Source: an uncultured Myxococcales bacterium | GTDB taxonomy: Bacteria; Myxococcota_A; UBA9042 | Direction of reading: 5' to 3' | Assembly: GCA_903924465.1 (NCBI GenBank) | Contig: CAIYBN010000145.1 | Span: forward strand, 83,715-147,714 | DNA length: 64,000 nucleotides | In this document: positions 28,039-36,939 of the stretch, one piece after another | How the letters are laid out: the number at the start of each line of letters is the position of its first letter | Numbering within the stretch: the first letter of the stretch is position 1 | Made by a program: the position numbers and the translations under genes | Notes under the pieces: model-generated | Database searches by the model: none | What the model saw: the letters and a program-made list of their open reading frames with translations, nothing else | Told to the model about the DNA's origin: nothing

Positions 28039-29397
28039 GTGCTTAAGATTCAACCGACATCCTGCCGAACGCTTGGACGCTCGCTGGCGGTTTTGGTCGC
28101 GGCGGTCGTCCTCGGACTTCCGGCCGCGCCGGTCTTTGCCCAGTCGTCGGAAATGACGTTGCCCTCGATCGCCAAAGATCGCGGACTTCGGAGCGGCGAT
28201 TTTCTGCTGAGGCCGTCGGTCACCGTGACCGGCCATTACGACACCAACATCTTCAATGCCAGCCCGCAAGAAGCGCTGATCAACCCAATCCGCGGCGCGG
28301 CGTCGATTCGTGTACTGCCGAAGCTGTCGTTGCAGAACGACCTGACCGGCAACACGGTGTTCAACTTCGCCGCCGCTGGCGATGGCCGCGTCTACGTCTC
28401 TGGCGACGCTGCGGTCAAGAATCTCAACAACTTTGGTGGCAGTTCCAGTCTGGACGTCACGTTCGGTCAGCGCAAGCCGATCGCATTTACGTTGTTCGAC
28501 TTCTTCAACCGGTCCCTGCGTGCCAACAACTGGGAAACGCTGCAGACTTTGAACCGCAACTCCAACGATGTCGGTGGTCGCGTTGAATTCCATCCGGGTG
28601 ACACGCCCGAGCGTCGGCCGTTCAACATCGCGTTGTCGGGCGCCTACTCGATCGACCGGTTTGAGGACTACGGCGGGTTCAACACCAATACCATCCGCAC
28701 CCGTTTGAATGGCTCCTGGCGCTTCCTGCCCAAGACCGCCGCCTATCTTGACGCCACTTGGGACTTCCGGACGTTCACGGACAGCTATCTTCAAGATCAC
28801 AATTTGACTTACAATTCCAAGCCGTTTCGGGCACGCGGCGGCATTTCAGGCGCCATCACCAAGCGCATCAGCTTCGACCTCTCGGCAGGCTGGGGCATGT
28901 CGTTGCTCAGCTCGGCCGTGACGCCCGGTTTCAGTTCGTTCCTCGCCGGCGCGTCCTTTGGTTTTCGGCCGACGGAAACAACGCGCCTGACCGTGGGTTA
29001 CACGCATGACATGCGCGACGCCTACTTGGGCGGTTTTGCAGATGTGCACCGCTTCGGCTTCTTGGGCAAGCAACGCTTTGGCACGATCATCGATGTGTCC
29101 GCGAGCTTTGGCGCATCGTACCTGAAGTTCGGTGCCGCGCAGGCGACGTACGGCGTGAGCGTGCTCGGTGCCAACGCCGTTGCGGGGATGCCTGGCTACT
29201 TCCAGCGGCACGATTGGCAGCTCGACGGCAACCTGACGGTGATGTTCGAGGTCACGCGCTACGTGGGCTTGTCGCTTGGCTACAACCTGCGGTCCGTCAT
29301 TACGCCTTTCAAGCTGACGTCGAGCAATGCGCTGATTCTGGACGCAGGCGAGTACACGGCGCATGAGGTGTTTGCCTCGGTCATCGCTCGTTACTGA
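28039..29397 (+). CDS. Outer-membrane beta-barrel, Wzp/EpsX-like partner of the short OPX protein
   Basis: Signal peptide; 'LRPSVTVTGHYDTNIF' start typical of capsule-associated barrels; alternating strands; C-terminal 'FASVIARY'; adjacent to wza and wzc. Confidence 0.75.
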   Translation: MLKIQPTSCRTLGRSLAVLVAAVVLGLPAAPVFAQSSEMTLPSIAKDRGLRSGDFLLRPSVTVTGHYDTNIFNASPQEALINPIRGAASIRVLPKLSLQNDLTGNTVFNFAAAGDGRVYVSGDAAVKNLNNFGGSSSLDVTFGQRKPIAFTLFDFFNRSLRANNWETLQTLNRNSNDVGGRVEFHPGDTPERRPFNIALSGAYSIDRFEDYGGFNTNTIRTRLNGSWRFLPKTAAYLDATWDFRTFTDSYLQDHNLTYNSKPFRARGGISGAITKRISFDLSAGWGMSLLSSAVTPGFSSFLAGASFGFRPTETTRLTVGYTHDMRDAYLGGFADVHRFGFLGKQRFGTIIDVSASFGASYLKFGAAQATYGVSVLGANAVAGMPGYFQRHDWQLDGNLTVMFEVTRYVGLSLGYNLRSVITPFKLTSSNALILDAGEYTAHEVFASVIARY

Positions 29398-29712
29398 GCG
29401 CCCGACGCTGATCGCCGCGTGCAATTCTTTTCACACCACCTTCGGGGCCGTTGGGGCGAAATTGATCCTCGGCGCATGGCATGGCAACCAAACCGCCCTG
29501 CCTGAGATTCGCGAGAATCTGAACGCTGCGCCAAACTAGCCGTGTTGCCGCCCACACCTCGGGCTGGACGTGTTCCCTGGAGCCCCGACCCGATGCCCGC
29601 AGTTCCCCATCGACAACCCGCTGACAGTGCGATCCGGAAAACCCGATCCGCGCTGTTGCTGTTGGCCGGGTCGACAATTCGTGCCTTTGGCGCTGCGCGG
29701 CTCGAACGCGGC

Positions 29713-30318
29713 ATGCACGCTGGACCGTGGGTCGGTGTGCTGCTGCTGGCGCTGCTGGTCGGTGGCTGCTCGGCGACTGCGAATGCCGGTTACAGCGACG
29801 TGCATGTGGACGTGCGCTCCGCGATCCAGGCGGCAAGTTTGGGACCTGGCGATGAATTTGACGTGCGTGTGTACGAGGAACCGGCGCTTTCGGGCGTGCA
29901 CACCGTCTCGCCCACCGGTCAGATCGACTACCCGCTGATCGGCACCGTGACGGTTGAAGGCCTCGTGGCGTCGCAGGTCGCCGCGTTGTTGCGGCAAAAG
30001 CTGGCGCAAGGCTACCTCAAGCACCCGTATGTTACCGTCCAGGTCAAGACGCTGAGTTCCAAGAAGATTTTCGTGCTCGGCGAAGTCAAGACGCCGGGCC
30101 GGTTTGCCTACGCCGACAACATGACGATCGTCGAAGCCGTGACGTTGGCCGGCGGCTTTGCCGCGATGGCCGAGCGCAATTACGCGATCGTCACGCGCAT
30201 GGACGCGACCGGTGAGCGGCGCATTCCGGTGCCGGTCGACAAAATCATGCAAGGGCTGGCGGTCAATTTTCAGGTCCAGCCCGGCGACATCATCTACGTA
30301 CCGGAGACCATCCTGTGA
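29713..30318 (+). CDS. wza: Polysaccharide export protein, short periplasmic OPX type
   Basis: LVGG-C lipobox; LGPGDEFDVRVYEE...GQIDYPLIG (Poly_export), IFVLGEVKTPG, N...QPGDIIYVPE (SLBB). Ends 'VPETIL' with no outer-membrane helix. Confidence 0.88.
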   Translation: MHAGPWVGVLLLALLVGGCSATANAGYSDVHVDVRSAIQAASLGPGDEFDVRVYEEPALSGVHTVSPTGQIDYPLIGTVTVEGLVASQVAALLRQKLAQGYLKHPYVTVQVKTLSSKKIFVLGEVKTPGRFAYADNMTIVEAVTLAGGFAAMAERNYAIVTRMDATGERRIPVPVDKIMQGLAVNFQVQPGDIIYVPETIL

Positions 30319-32663
30319 CGGCGCCACTTCACGTATCCAATCAGGCGGTTCCAGGCGAACAGCCGGTTGACGCCATGGTCGCCCGGTTACGCGACATTCT
30401 GGGGCGCCGCCGCTGGTGGTTCCTCGTCACGACCGCGCTCGTCTTCGCCGCCGCCATCGTCTTCGTGCGCCATCAGCGACCGATCTTCCGCGCAACCGGC
30501 ACGCTGCAAATCGATGGCGCGCCGCCCAAAGTTCTGGGCGACATGAGTGAGGTCTACGGCCTTGGCGCGGCAGGTTCAAGCAACGGTATGCGCCAGTACT
30601 ATCGGGCACAGCAGTCGATCCTGCAGTCGCGCGACTTGGCCGCTATGGTGGTCAGCCGTCTGGCGTTGAGTCACGACGAACGGTTTTTTGGCTTTGCGTA
30701 TGCCGAGAAGCCGCTCTCCACGGCGCAAAAAGAGTCGATCATGGCCAACGCGGACGCGGTCGGCATGATGGCCAGCCGGGTTCTTGTCGAAATGACCGAA
30801 GACACGCTGATTGCCAAGATTTCCGTGGAAGACCCCGATCCCGAGTTTGCCCGCGACCTCGCAAACGCCGTGATGGCGGCCTATAAAGACCGCAATATCA
30901 ATAACAAACGGCGGGTCGTGCAGGATGCGTATGCGGATTTGCGCGCGATGCGCAAGAAGTTGGAAGAGACCAAGACGCAGTCGCAGCAGGCGCAGTACGA
31001 CTTTGAGCGCCAGCACGATCTGAGCGACAACCGTCGATTGGCCGTGAACGAGCGCAATCTGGAACTAAATCGTGCGCTCCGGGAAGTGCATGGCATCCGG
31101 CTCAAGGCGGAACTCGATGTCGGCCAGCTCAAAAAGGCCAAAGGCGTCCACGATATCTTCTCGATTTCCGCACCCAGCCTGATGCGCGATGGCTTGGTCG
31201 GCGAATTGAAGCGGCGCTGGCTTGAACTGGGCACCAAACGGCGCGAACTGGCCGCGACGTATCTGGAGAAGCACCCGCGCCTGGAAGCGATTGATCAGCA
31301 GATGAATCAGCTGGAATCGCTGGCGGTCCGCCATGCGGCGACGATGCTGGACTCCGCGATGCAGGGGCTGGCCGCTGCGCGCGTGGAAGAAGAAGACATC
31401 ATGCAGCAGTTGAAGGTGACCAAGGAGGAGGACGGGGAAATTCGTCAGACCAAGCTGGAACACGACAAACTGGTGGCGAAGTCTGAAGAAGACAAGATGT
31501 TCTACGAGAAGGTCGCGAAGCGCTACGCGGAGACGGACCTGACCAAGGACGTGGGCGTGAACAACGTGTCGGTGCTCGACGCCGCCGTGACGCCGCATGG
31601 GCCAGTCAGGCCGAACATGCAGTTGAGCCTGGCGATCGGCATCCTGCTGGCCCTGGTGATGGGCGTCGTGGCAGCGCTGATCGCGGAAATGCTGGACAAC
31701 ACGATTCAGGGACGTGCGGACGTCGAACGCATTCACAACCTGCCGTATCTGGGCGCGATTCCGACTTTCGAACCTGGCGACGTGGCAGAGGGCAAGGAAC
31801 TGCCCGGGAACGTCAACGACCTGTACGTCTACTACCGGCCGAACTCGCGCGTCGCTGAAGCGGCCCGGTCGGTGCGCACGAACCTGCTCTTCATGCGCCC
31901 GGACAAGCCCCTCCACACGCTGCTGGTGTCCTCTGCGCATCCGCGCGAAGGCAAGACGTCGACCTCCGCAACCCTGGCGATCACGCTGGCGGCGGCTTCC
32001 GGACGTTGCATCCTCATCGACACGGACTTGCGCAAGCCGCGTTTGCACAAGGTCTTTGGCGTGCCCAATGTCGGCGGCGTGACGGGCTACATCTTGTCGC
32101 GCGAGCCCGTGACCAACTTTGTCCAGCCGACCCAAGTGCCGGGCCTGGATTTCATGCCGTGCGGCGCGCTGCCGCCCAATCCATCCGAGATCCTGCACAC
32201 CGAGCGCTTCAAGGCGATGGTCGAGGAACTCAAACAGCACTACACGGCCGTCGTGTTTGACTCGCCGCCGATTGAGATTGTGTCCGATGCCCTGGTGATC
32301 GCGGCGCTGGTCGATGGTGTTGTGCTTGTGGCACACACGGCCAAGTCGCGGCACGACTGGGTGGCATCCGCCGTTGCACACTTGCGCAGCGTCAATGCAC
32401 CGCTGATGGGCATCGTGCTGTCGCGCACGGGAATTCAGGGCGTCGGGTACGGCTATTACTATGGCAAAGGCTACCGCAAGGGCGGCGCGTACCGGGCGCG
32501 GTACCAGTACCAGTACCGCTATGGTGCCGAGGAAGAGCAGGACCAACTGGAAGCAGCCCACTTTGCCCAACCCGGCGGCGCGCGAATCGATCGCGGCGAC
32601 TCCGGCGGCAATGCCGCGTTTGCGCCTCCGCCTGTCGATCACGAAGATCCGCCGGATGTGTAA
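30315..32663 (+). CDS. wzc: Polysaccharide co-polymerase with a fused BY tyrosine kinase
   Basis: Two TMs flanking a coiled-coil periplasmic region; YLEKHP; AEAARSVRTNL; Walker A PREGKT, IDTDLRKP, FDSPP; C-terminal Tyr cluster. Confidence 0.92.
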   Translation: MTAPLHVSNQAVPGEQPVDAMVARLRDILGRRRWWFLVTTALVFAAAIVFVRHQRPIFRATGTLQIDGAPPKVLGDMSEVYGLGAAGSSNGMRQYYRAQQSILQSRDLAAMVVSRLALSHDERFFGFAYAEKPLSTAQKESIMANADAVGMMASRVLVEMTEDTLIAKISVEDPDPEFARDLANAVMAAYKDRNINNKRRVVQDAYADLRAMRKKLEETKTQSQQAQYDFERQHDLSDNRRLAVNERNLELNRALREVHGIRLKAELDVGQLKKAKGVHDIFSISAPSLMRDGLVGELKRRWLELGTKRRELAATYLEKHPRLEAIDQQMNQLESLAVRHAATMLDSAMQGLAAARVEEEDIMQQLKVTKEEDGEIRQTKLEHDKLVAKSEEDKMFYEKVAKRYAETDLTKDVGVNNVSVLDAAVTPHGPVRPNMQLSLAIGILLALVMGVVAALIAEMLDNTIQGRADVERIHNLPYLGAIPTFEPGDVAEGKELPGNVNDLYVYYRPNSRVAEAARSVRTNLLFMRPDKPLHTLLVSSAHPREGKTSTSATLAITLAAASGRCILIDTDLRKPRLHKVFGVPNVGGVTGYILSREPVTNFVQPTQVPGLDFMPCGALPPNPSEILHTERFKAMVEELKQHYTAVVFDSPPIEIVSDALVIAALVDGVVLVAHTAKSRHDWVASAVAHLRSVNAPLMGIVLSRTGIQGVGYGYYYGKGYRKGGAYRARYQYQYRYGAEEEQDQLEAAHFAQPGGARIDRGDSGGNAAFAPPPVDHEDPPDV

Positions 32664-32810
32664 GCCTTTGCGGTTCAGGTTTGCGTAATCGTGAGTTGAC
32701 CTTGACCTCGGACGGTGTTTCGAGCCATCCTATTCCGCGCGGGAAAGCGCTCGCGTTTGCTCCGGCATGTCCGGTGTGTCGCAACACTGGGCGAAGCCGG
32801 AAGGTGGCGG

Positions 32811-34619
32811 ATGGACAAAGTTGTCGGCATCGATCTTGGAACGACCAACTCCTGCGTTTGCCTGTATGAAAGCGGTGTTGCGCACGTCATTCCGAACGCG
32901 GAAGGCTCCCGTACGACGCCTTCCATGGTGGCGTTTACACCAGACGGGCAGCGCTTGGTCGGCAACATCGCCAAACGCCAGGCGGTAGCCAATCCTCAGA
33001 ACACGGTTTTTGCGACGAAGCGGCTCATGGGTCGCAAATTCAAGACGCCAGAAGTGCAGCGGATGCAGATGACTGCGCCCTTCAAGATTGCCGCCAACGA
33101 CAACGGCGATGCGGCAGTCACGGTGCACGGCAAGCGGTACTCGCCGCCAGAAATCGGCGCGTTTGTGCTGCGTGCGCTCAAGGAGTCCGCGCAGGAATAC
33201 ACCGAAGCGACGATCAAGGATGCGGTTGTTGCGGTTCCCGCCTACTTTGACGACGCCCAGCGCCAAGCCACGCGCGATGCCGGTCGGCTGGCCGGCTTGA
33301 ACGTCCTGCGCATCATCAACGAACCGACGGCCGCCGCATTGGCGTATGGCATCGGCGCAGAATCGTCCGGCACCATCGCGGTCTACGACTTGGGCGGCGG
33401 CACGTTCGATATTTCCATCCTGGATTTCTCCGGCGGCGTGTTTCAAGTCAAAGCGACCCACGGCGACACGTTCCTGGGCGGTGAAGACATCGACGCGCGC
33501 CTGATGGACACGTTGATCGCGGACTTTCTCGCGGACACGAACATCGACGTGCGCAAGGATCCGGTCGCGCTGCAGCGCATGAAGGACGCCGCGGAGCGCG
33601 CCAAGATTGAGCTCTCGACTGTCGATGAAACCGAGATTTCCCTGCCATTTCTGACCGCGGATGCCTCCGGGCCCAAGCACCTGCGGCGACTGCTGCATCG
33701 CACGGAGCTTGAGGCGTTGACCGAAGATCTGGTGGTCCAGACCATCGCTCACTGTCAGGAAGCGCTGACCGGCGCCGGCGTCAGCATCGATCAGATTACC
33801 GACGTGCTGCTGGTCGGTGGCATGACCAAGATGCCGCTGGTGCAACGCACCGTCGCGGATTTCTTTGTACGTCAGCCCAACCGCAGCGTCAATCCGGACG
33901 AAGCAGTCGCGGTCGGCGCGGCGATCCAGGCGGCGATCCTGTCCGGCGATGTCGGCGAAGTCGTGCTTCTCGACGTGAACCCGCTGTCGCTCGGCATCGA
34001 GACGGCCGGCGGCGTGATGACCAAGCTGATTCCGCGCAACGTGACCGTGCCGGTGAGTGTGACGGAAATCTTCACGACTTCCGAGGACTACCAGCCGTTG
34101 GTCAACATCCACGTGCTGCAGGGTGAACGTCCGCTGGCAGCGGATAACACGAGCCTGGCGCGCTTTGAACTGGTTGGCATTCCACCAGCGCTGCGCGGCG
34201 TGCCGAAGATTGAGGTCACGTTCTCGATTGACGCCAACGGCATCCTGAGCGTTGACGCCCGCGACCTGGGCACCAAGAAAGAGCAGAGCCTGCGCGTGCG
34301 GGCGACGTCGGGCCTGACGGAACAGGCGATCGAGCGGATCCTGTCGGAAGCCGAGCAATACCAGGAATCCGATCGGCTGCATGTCGAGATGGCCGATTTG
34401 CGACGGCGTTTGGCGGGCCTGATCTACACCACGGAACGCTCGTTGGCCGAGAGTGCCAATTACTTGACCGAGTCAGAGCTGGCGCAAATCCGTGTGGATC
34501 TGGAAGAAGGTCGCCGGGCGACCGAAAGCGCCGATATGGCGCGCATGGCCAATGCGCTGCGTGAGTTGGAAAAGTCGGCATTTCGCATCACTGAGGTCAT
34601 GTACAAGGATTTGGCGTAG
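32811..34619 (+). CDS. dnaK: Hsp70/DnaK paralog with a short C-terminus
   Basis: GIDLGTTNS, TTPSMVAF, VPAYFDDAQRQATRDAG, NEPTAAALAYG, DLGGGTFDISIL, GDTFLGGEDID, LQGER. Lacks the acidic disordered tail. Confidence 0.93.
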   Translation: MDKVVGIDLGTTNSCVCLYESGVAHVIPNAEGSRTTPSMVAFTPDGQRLVGNIAKRQAVANPQNTVFATKRLMGRKFKTPEVQRMQMTAPFKIAANDNGDAAVTVHGKRYSPPEIGAFVLRALKESAQEYTEATIKDAVVAVPAYFDDAQRQATRDAGRLAGLNVLRIINEPTAAALAYGIGAESSGTIAVYDLGGGTFDISILDFSGGVFQVKATHGDTFLGGEDIDARLMDTLIADFLADTNIDVRKDPVALQRMKDAAERAKIELSTVDETEISLPFLTADASGPKHLRRLLHRTELEALTEDLVVQTIAHCQEALTGAGVSIDQITDVLLVGGMTKMPLVQRTVADFFVRQPNRSVNPDEAVAVGAAIQAAILSGDVGEVVLLDVNPLSLGIETAGGVMTKLIPRNVTVPVSVTEIFTTSEDYQPLVNIHVLQGERPLAADNTSLARFELVGIPPALRGVPKIEVTFSIDANGILSVDARDLGTKKEQSLRVRATSGLTEQAIERILSEAEQYQESDRLHVEMADLRRRLAGLIYTTERSLAESANYLTESELAQIRVDLEEGRRATESADMARMANALRELEKSAFRITEVMYKDLA

Positions 34620-34651
34620 CCGCTCCGCGCGCCAAACTTGCCCACGCCGCC

Positions 34652-35791
34652 ATGCCGACCCAACCGCACGAGACCCACACACCCGACCACTACCGCCTGC
34701 TCGGCGTAGCGCCGCGGGCGACCGACGCGCAGATCAAGGCGGCGTACCGCAAGCTTTCCCGCATTTACCATCCCGATGCCCAAGGTGGCAGTCCGGTGGC
34801 GGAGAACTGCTTCAAGCAGGTCGCGGGTGCCTACGCGGAACTGGCCGATCCCGCGCGGCGTCTGAACTACGATCGCATGCTGATGCTGCGGGACCCCATC
34901 CGCCTTGTCGACGATCCGCGGGCAGAGCGCGCGCTCGATGTGCTGGACACGGTGGTGACGCGGTTGCGCAAACGCCAGACCGCATTGCCGAGCGCCGGTC
35001 ACGGCCGCGACTTGCGGGTCGAACATCCGCTGCCGTTTGCCAAGGCGATGCTCGGCGGTATCGTGACAGTACGGGCGGAATTTGCGACGACTTGCACGCC
35101 GTGCCACGGTGCTGGCACGTCAGAGCCCGAACGCAATCCCGTCTGCCACGTTTGCCAGGGTCAGGGCACGCTGAAGACTGGTCTGCGCCGCCAGGACATG
35201 CGCTGCGCGTTCTGCAGCGGTCGCGGACTGCTCCTGCTGGCGCCATGCAAAGGGTGCGGCGGATCGGGGCAGGTGGCGGCGCATCAGGACGTGGACGTGC
35301 ACGTGCCCATGCGGTGTCGCGACGGCGCCCATTTGCGCGTGCGCGGCGGCGGTGAAGCGGCGCCAGGCGGCAAGGCCGGGGATCTGGTCGTTGTGGTACG
35401 CATCCAGCCGCACGCGTTCCTCCGCGCCGACGGCGACGACTTGGTTTGTCAGGTACCGCTCACGTGGAGCGAGGCTCTCGCAGGCGCGCGCGTGCCGGTG
35501 CCAACGTTGGGCGGCACGCACTGGCTGACGGTGCCGCCCGGAACGCCGCCCGGCCGAGAATTTCGCGTGGGCGGACACGGGCTGCCGGTCGGTTCGAGTC
35601 CCGCGGGCCCCGCCAAACGCGGCGCGTTGCGTGTCCAAGTGTTCATGGACATGCCCAGCGAACTCGCGCCATCACAGGTTGCAGCCGTGCTGGCTCTGGA
35701 AGCGCAATTGGGCGTGCAGCGGTTTGCCCGCGCCACAGCGTATCGCGCGGCCGTCGACGGCTTGGACACTGCGGACGGCCCGAGCAAATGA
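34652..35791 (+). CDS. dnaJ: DnaJ (class A architecture: J domain, four CxxCxGxG motifs, C-terminal domains)
   Basis: DHYRLLGV...YHPD; CTPCHGAG, CHVCQGQG, CAFCSGRG, CKGCGGSG; GDLVVVV..HAFLRADGDDL. Confidence 0.9.
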   Translation: MPTQPHETHTPDHYRLLGVAPRATDAQIKAAYRKLSRIYHPDAQGGSPVAENCFKQVAGAYAELADPARRLNYDRMLMLRDPIRLVDDPRAERALDVLDTVVTRLRKRQTALPSAGHGRDLRVEHPLPFAKAMLGGIVTVRAEFATTCTPCHGAGTSEPERNPVCHVCQGQGTLKTGLRRQDMRCAFCSGRGLLLLAPCKGCGGSGQVAAHQDVDVHVPMRCRDGAHLRVRGGGEAAPGGKAGDLVVVVRIQPHAFLRADGDDLVCQVPLTWSEALAGARVPVPTLGGTHWLTVPPGTPPGREFRVGGHGLPVGSSPAGPAKRGALRVQVFMDMPSELAPSQVAAVLALEAQLGVQRFARATAYRAAVDGLDTADGPSK

Positions 35792-36735
35792 CGGTCGGTG
35801 AGGCCGGCGAGTTGCTCGTCATTCACCAGCTGCGCGGCATCTTCGATGCGCCGAGGGCCGATCTGCTGGTTGCCAACGGCGACGACGCGGTGGTTTGGCA
35901 GCCGGACGGTCCCGTCGCCGCGACGATCGATTCCATCGTCGCCGGTGTGGACTGGCTGGAAGATCGCACGCCACCGGCCGCTATCGGTCACCGCGCGGCA
36001 GCCGTGAACCTGAGTGATTTGGCAGCGATGGGGGCACGTCCGCGGCTTCTGCTGCTGGCGCTCGAAGTGCCACCTGAACAGGATCTCGCCGCGTTGCTGG
36101 CCGCGGCGCGCGCTTTGAAAGCGCTGGCTGACCGGCATGGCGCGACCGTCGTGGGCGGCGATCTGGGATTTTCCCCGGGACCGGCGCGGTGGACCGTGAC
36201 GGCATTGGGCACGCTGCCCGGCGAGCCGATGCGCCGCGATCGGGTGCAGCCCGGCGATGTGATCTGGCTGGCCGGAGCGGTTGGGCTTGCGGCGCTCGGA
36301 CTTGCGGCGCTGCGCGCAGGCGACGACCAACCGCAGTTCATTGCCGCGCACCTGTGGCCTCAGCCGCTGGTCGCTCTGGGGCTGCAACTCCGCAATGCCG
36401 GCGTCCGCGCGGCGATCGATGTCTCCGACGGATTGGGCTTGGATGCGCAGCGGCTTGCCCAAGCCAGCGGGATCGATATGCACTTGAATCTGCCGCGCCC
36501 GGATTGGGTCTCGCCCGAAACAGAGCAGTGGTTGCGGTCGCGCGACCTTGATTGGCGCCTCGCATGTGCTGCGGGTGGCGACGACTACGCCCTCCTGTGC
36601 GCTGCCCCGCCACATCTGGACCTGACGCCGCTCGGCGCACGGCCGATCGGCCACGCGCGGACAGGCACAGGCCTCGTACACCTGACCGTGGACGGAGTTG
36701 CTTGTCCTGTGGACGGTTTTCGTCACGGCCGCTGA
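35788..36735 (+). CDS. thiL: Thiamine-monophosphate kinase
   Basis: ATGA overlap with dnaJ; GDDAVV, GHRAAAVNLSDLAAMGARP, VVGGD, AIDVSDGL, GGDDYALL. Confidence 0.9.
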   Translation: MTVGEAGELLVIHQLRGIFDAPRADLLVANGDDAVVWQPDGPVAATIDSIVAGVDWLEDRTPPAAIGHRAAAVNLSDLAAMGARPRLLLLALEVPPEQDLAALLAAARALKALADRHGATVVGGDLGFSPGPARWTVTALGTLPGEPMRRDRVQPGDVIWLAGAVGLAALGLAALRAGDDQPQFIAAHLWPQPLVALGLQLRNAGVRAAIDVSDGLGLDAQRLAQASGIDMHLNLPRPDWVSPETEQWLRSRDLDWRLACAAGGDDYALLCAAPPHLDLTPLGARPIGHARTGTGLVHLTVDGVACPVDGFRHGR

Positions 36736-36740
36736 AGGCA

Positions 36741-36862
36741 GACACGCGGGCCGAATTCGAAGATCACCGGTCGGCGGTCCGCGGCTCGTCGCCAGGCTGC
36801 GCGTCCGATCCCAGTCCCAGATACCACGGGGTTGACCGGCGAACTTTGGGATTTGAATCAGG
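36741..36862 (+). repeat. Dispersed intergenic repeat, divergent copy
   Basis: Aligns without gaps to the 38.1-kb copy at 26/35 nt (CCGAA...TCCGCGGC) and to the 45.2-kb copy at 24/31 nt (CCCAGTCC...TGACCGGC). Confidence 0.6.
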
Positions 36863-36939
36863 TCGTCGTGCTGAGAACTGGCAATGCGCTGTGGATGTCC
36901 TAGTCTGGGGGCTGCGGTCGGTACCGCACCGGGTTGGCT

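Noticed and set aside
29481-29497. GG-N10-GC (TGGCAACCAAACCGC) before wza
   Set aside because: Spacing fits but the -12 element lacks TTGC-like context and there is no enhancer nearby; likely chance.
32664-32810. CIRCE/HrcA heat-shock element before dnaK
   Set aside because: No TTAGCACTC-N9-GAGTGCTAA present.
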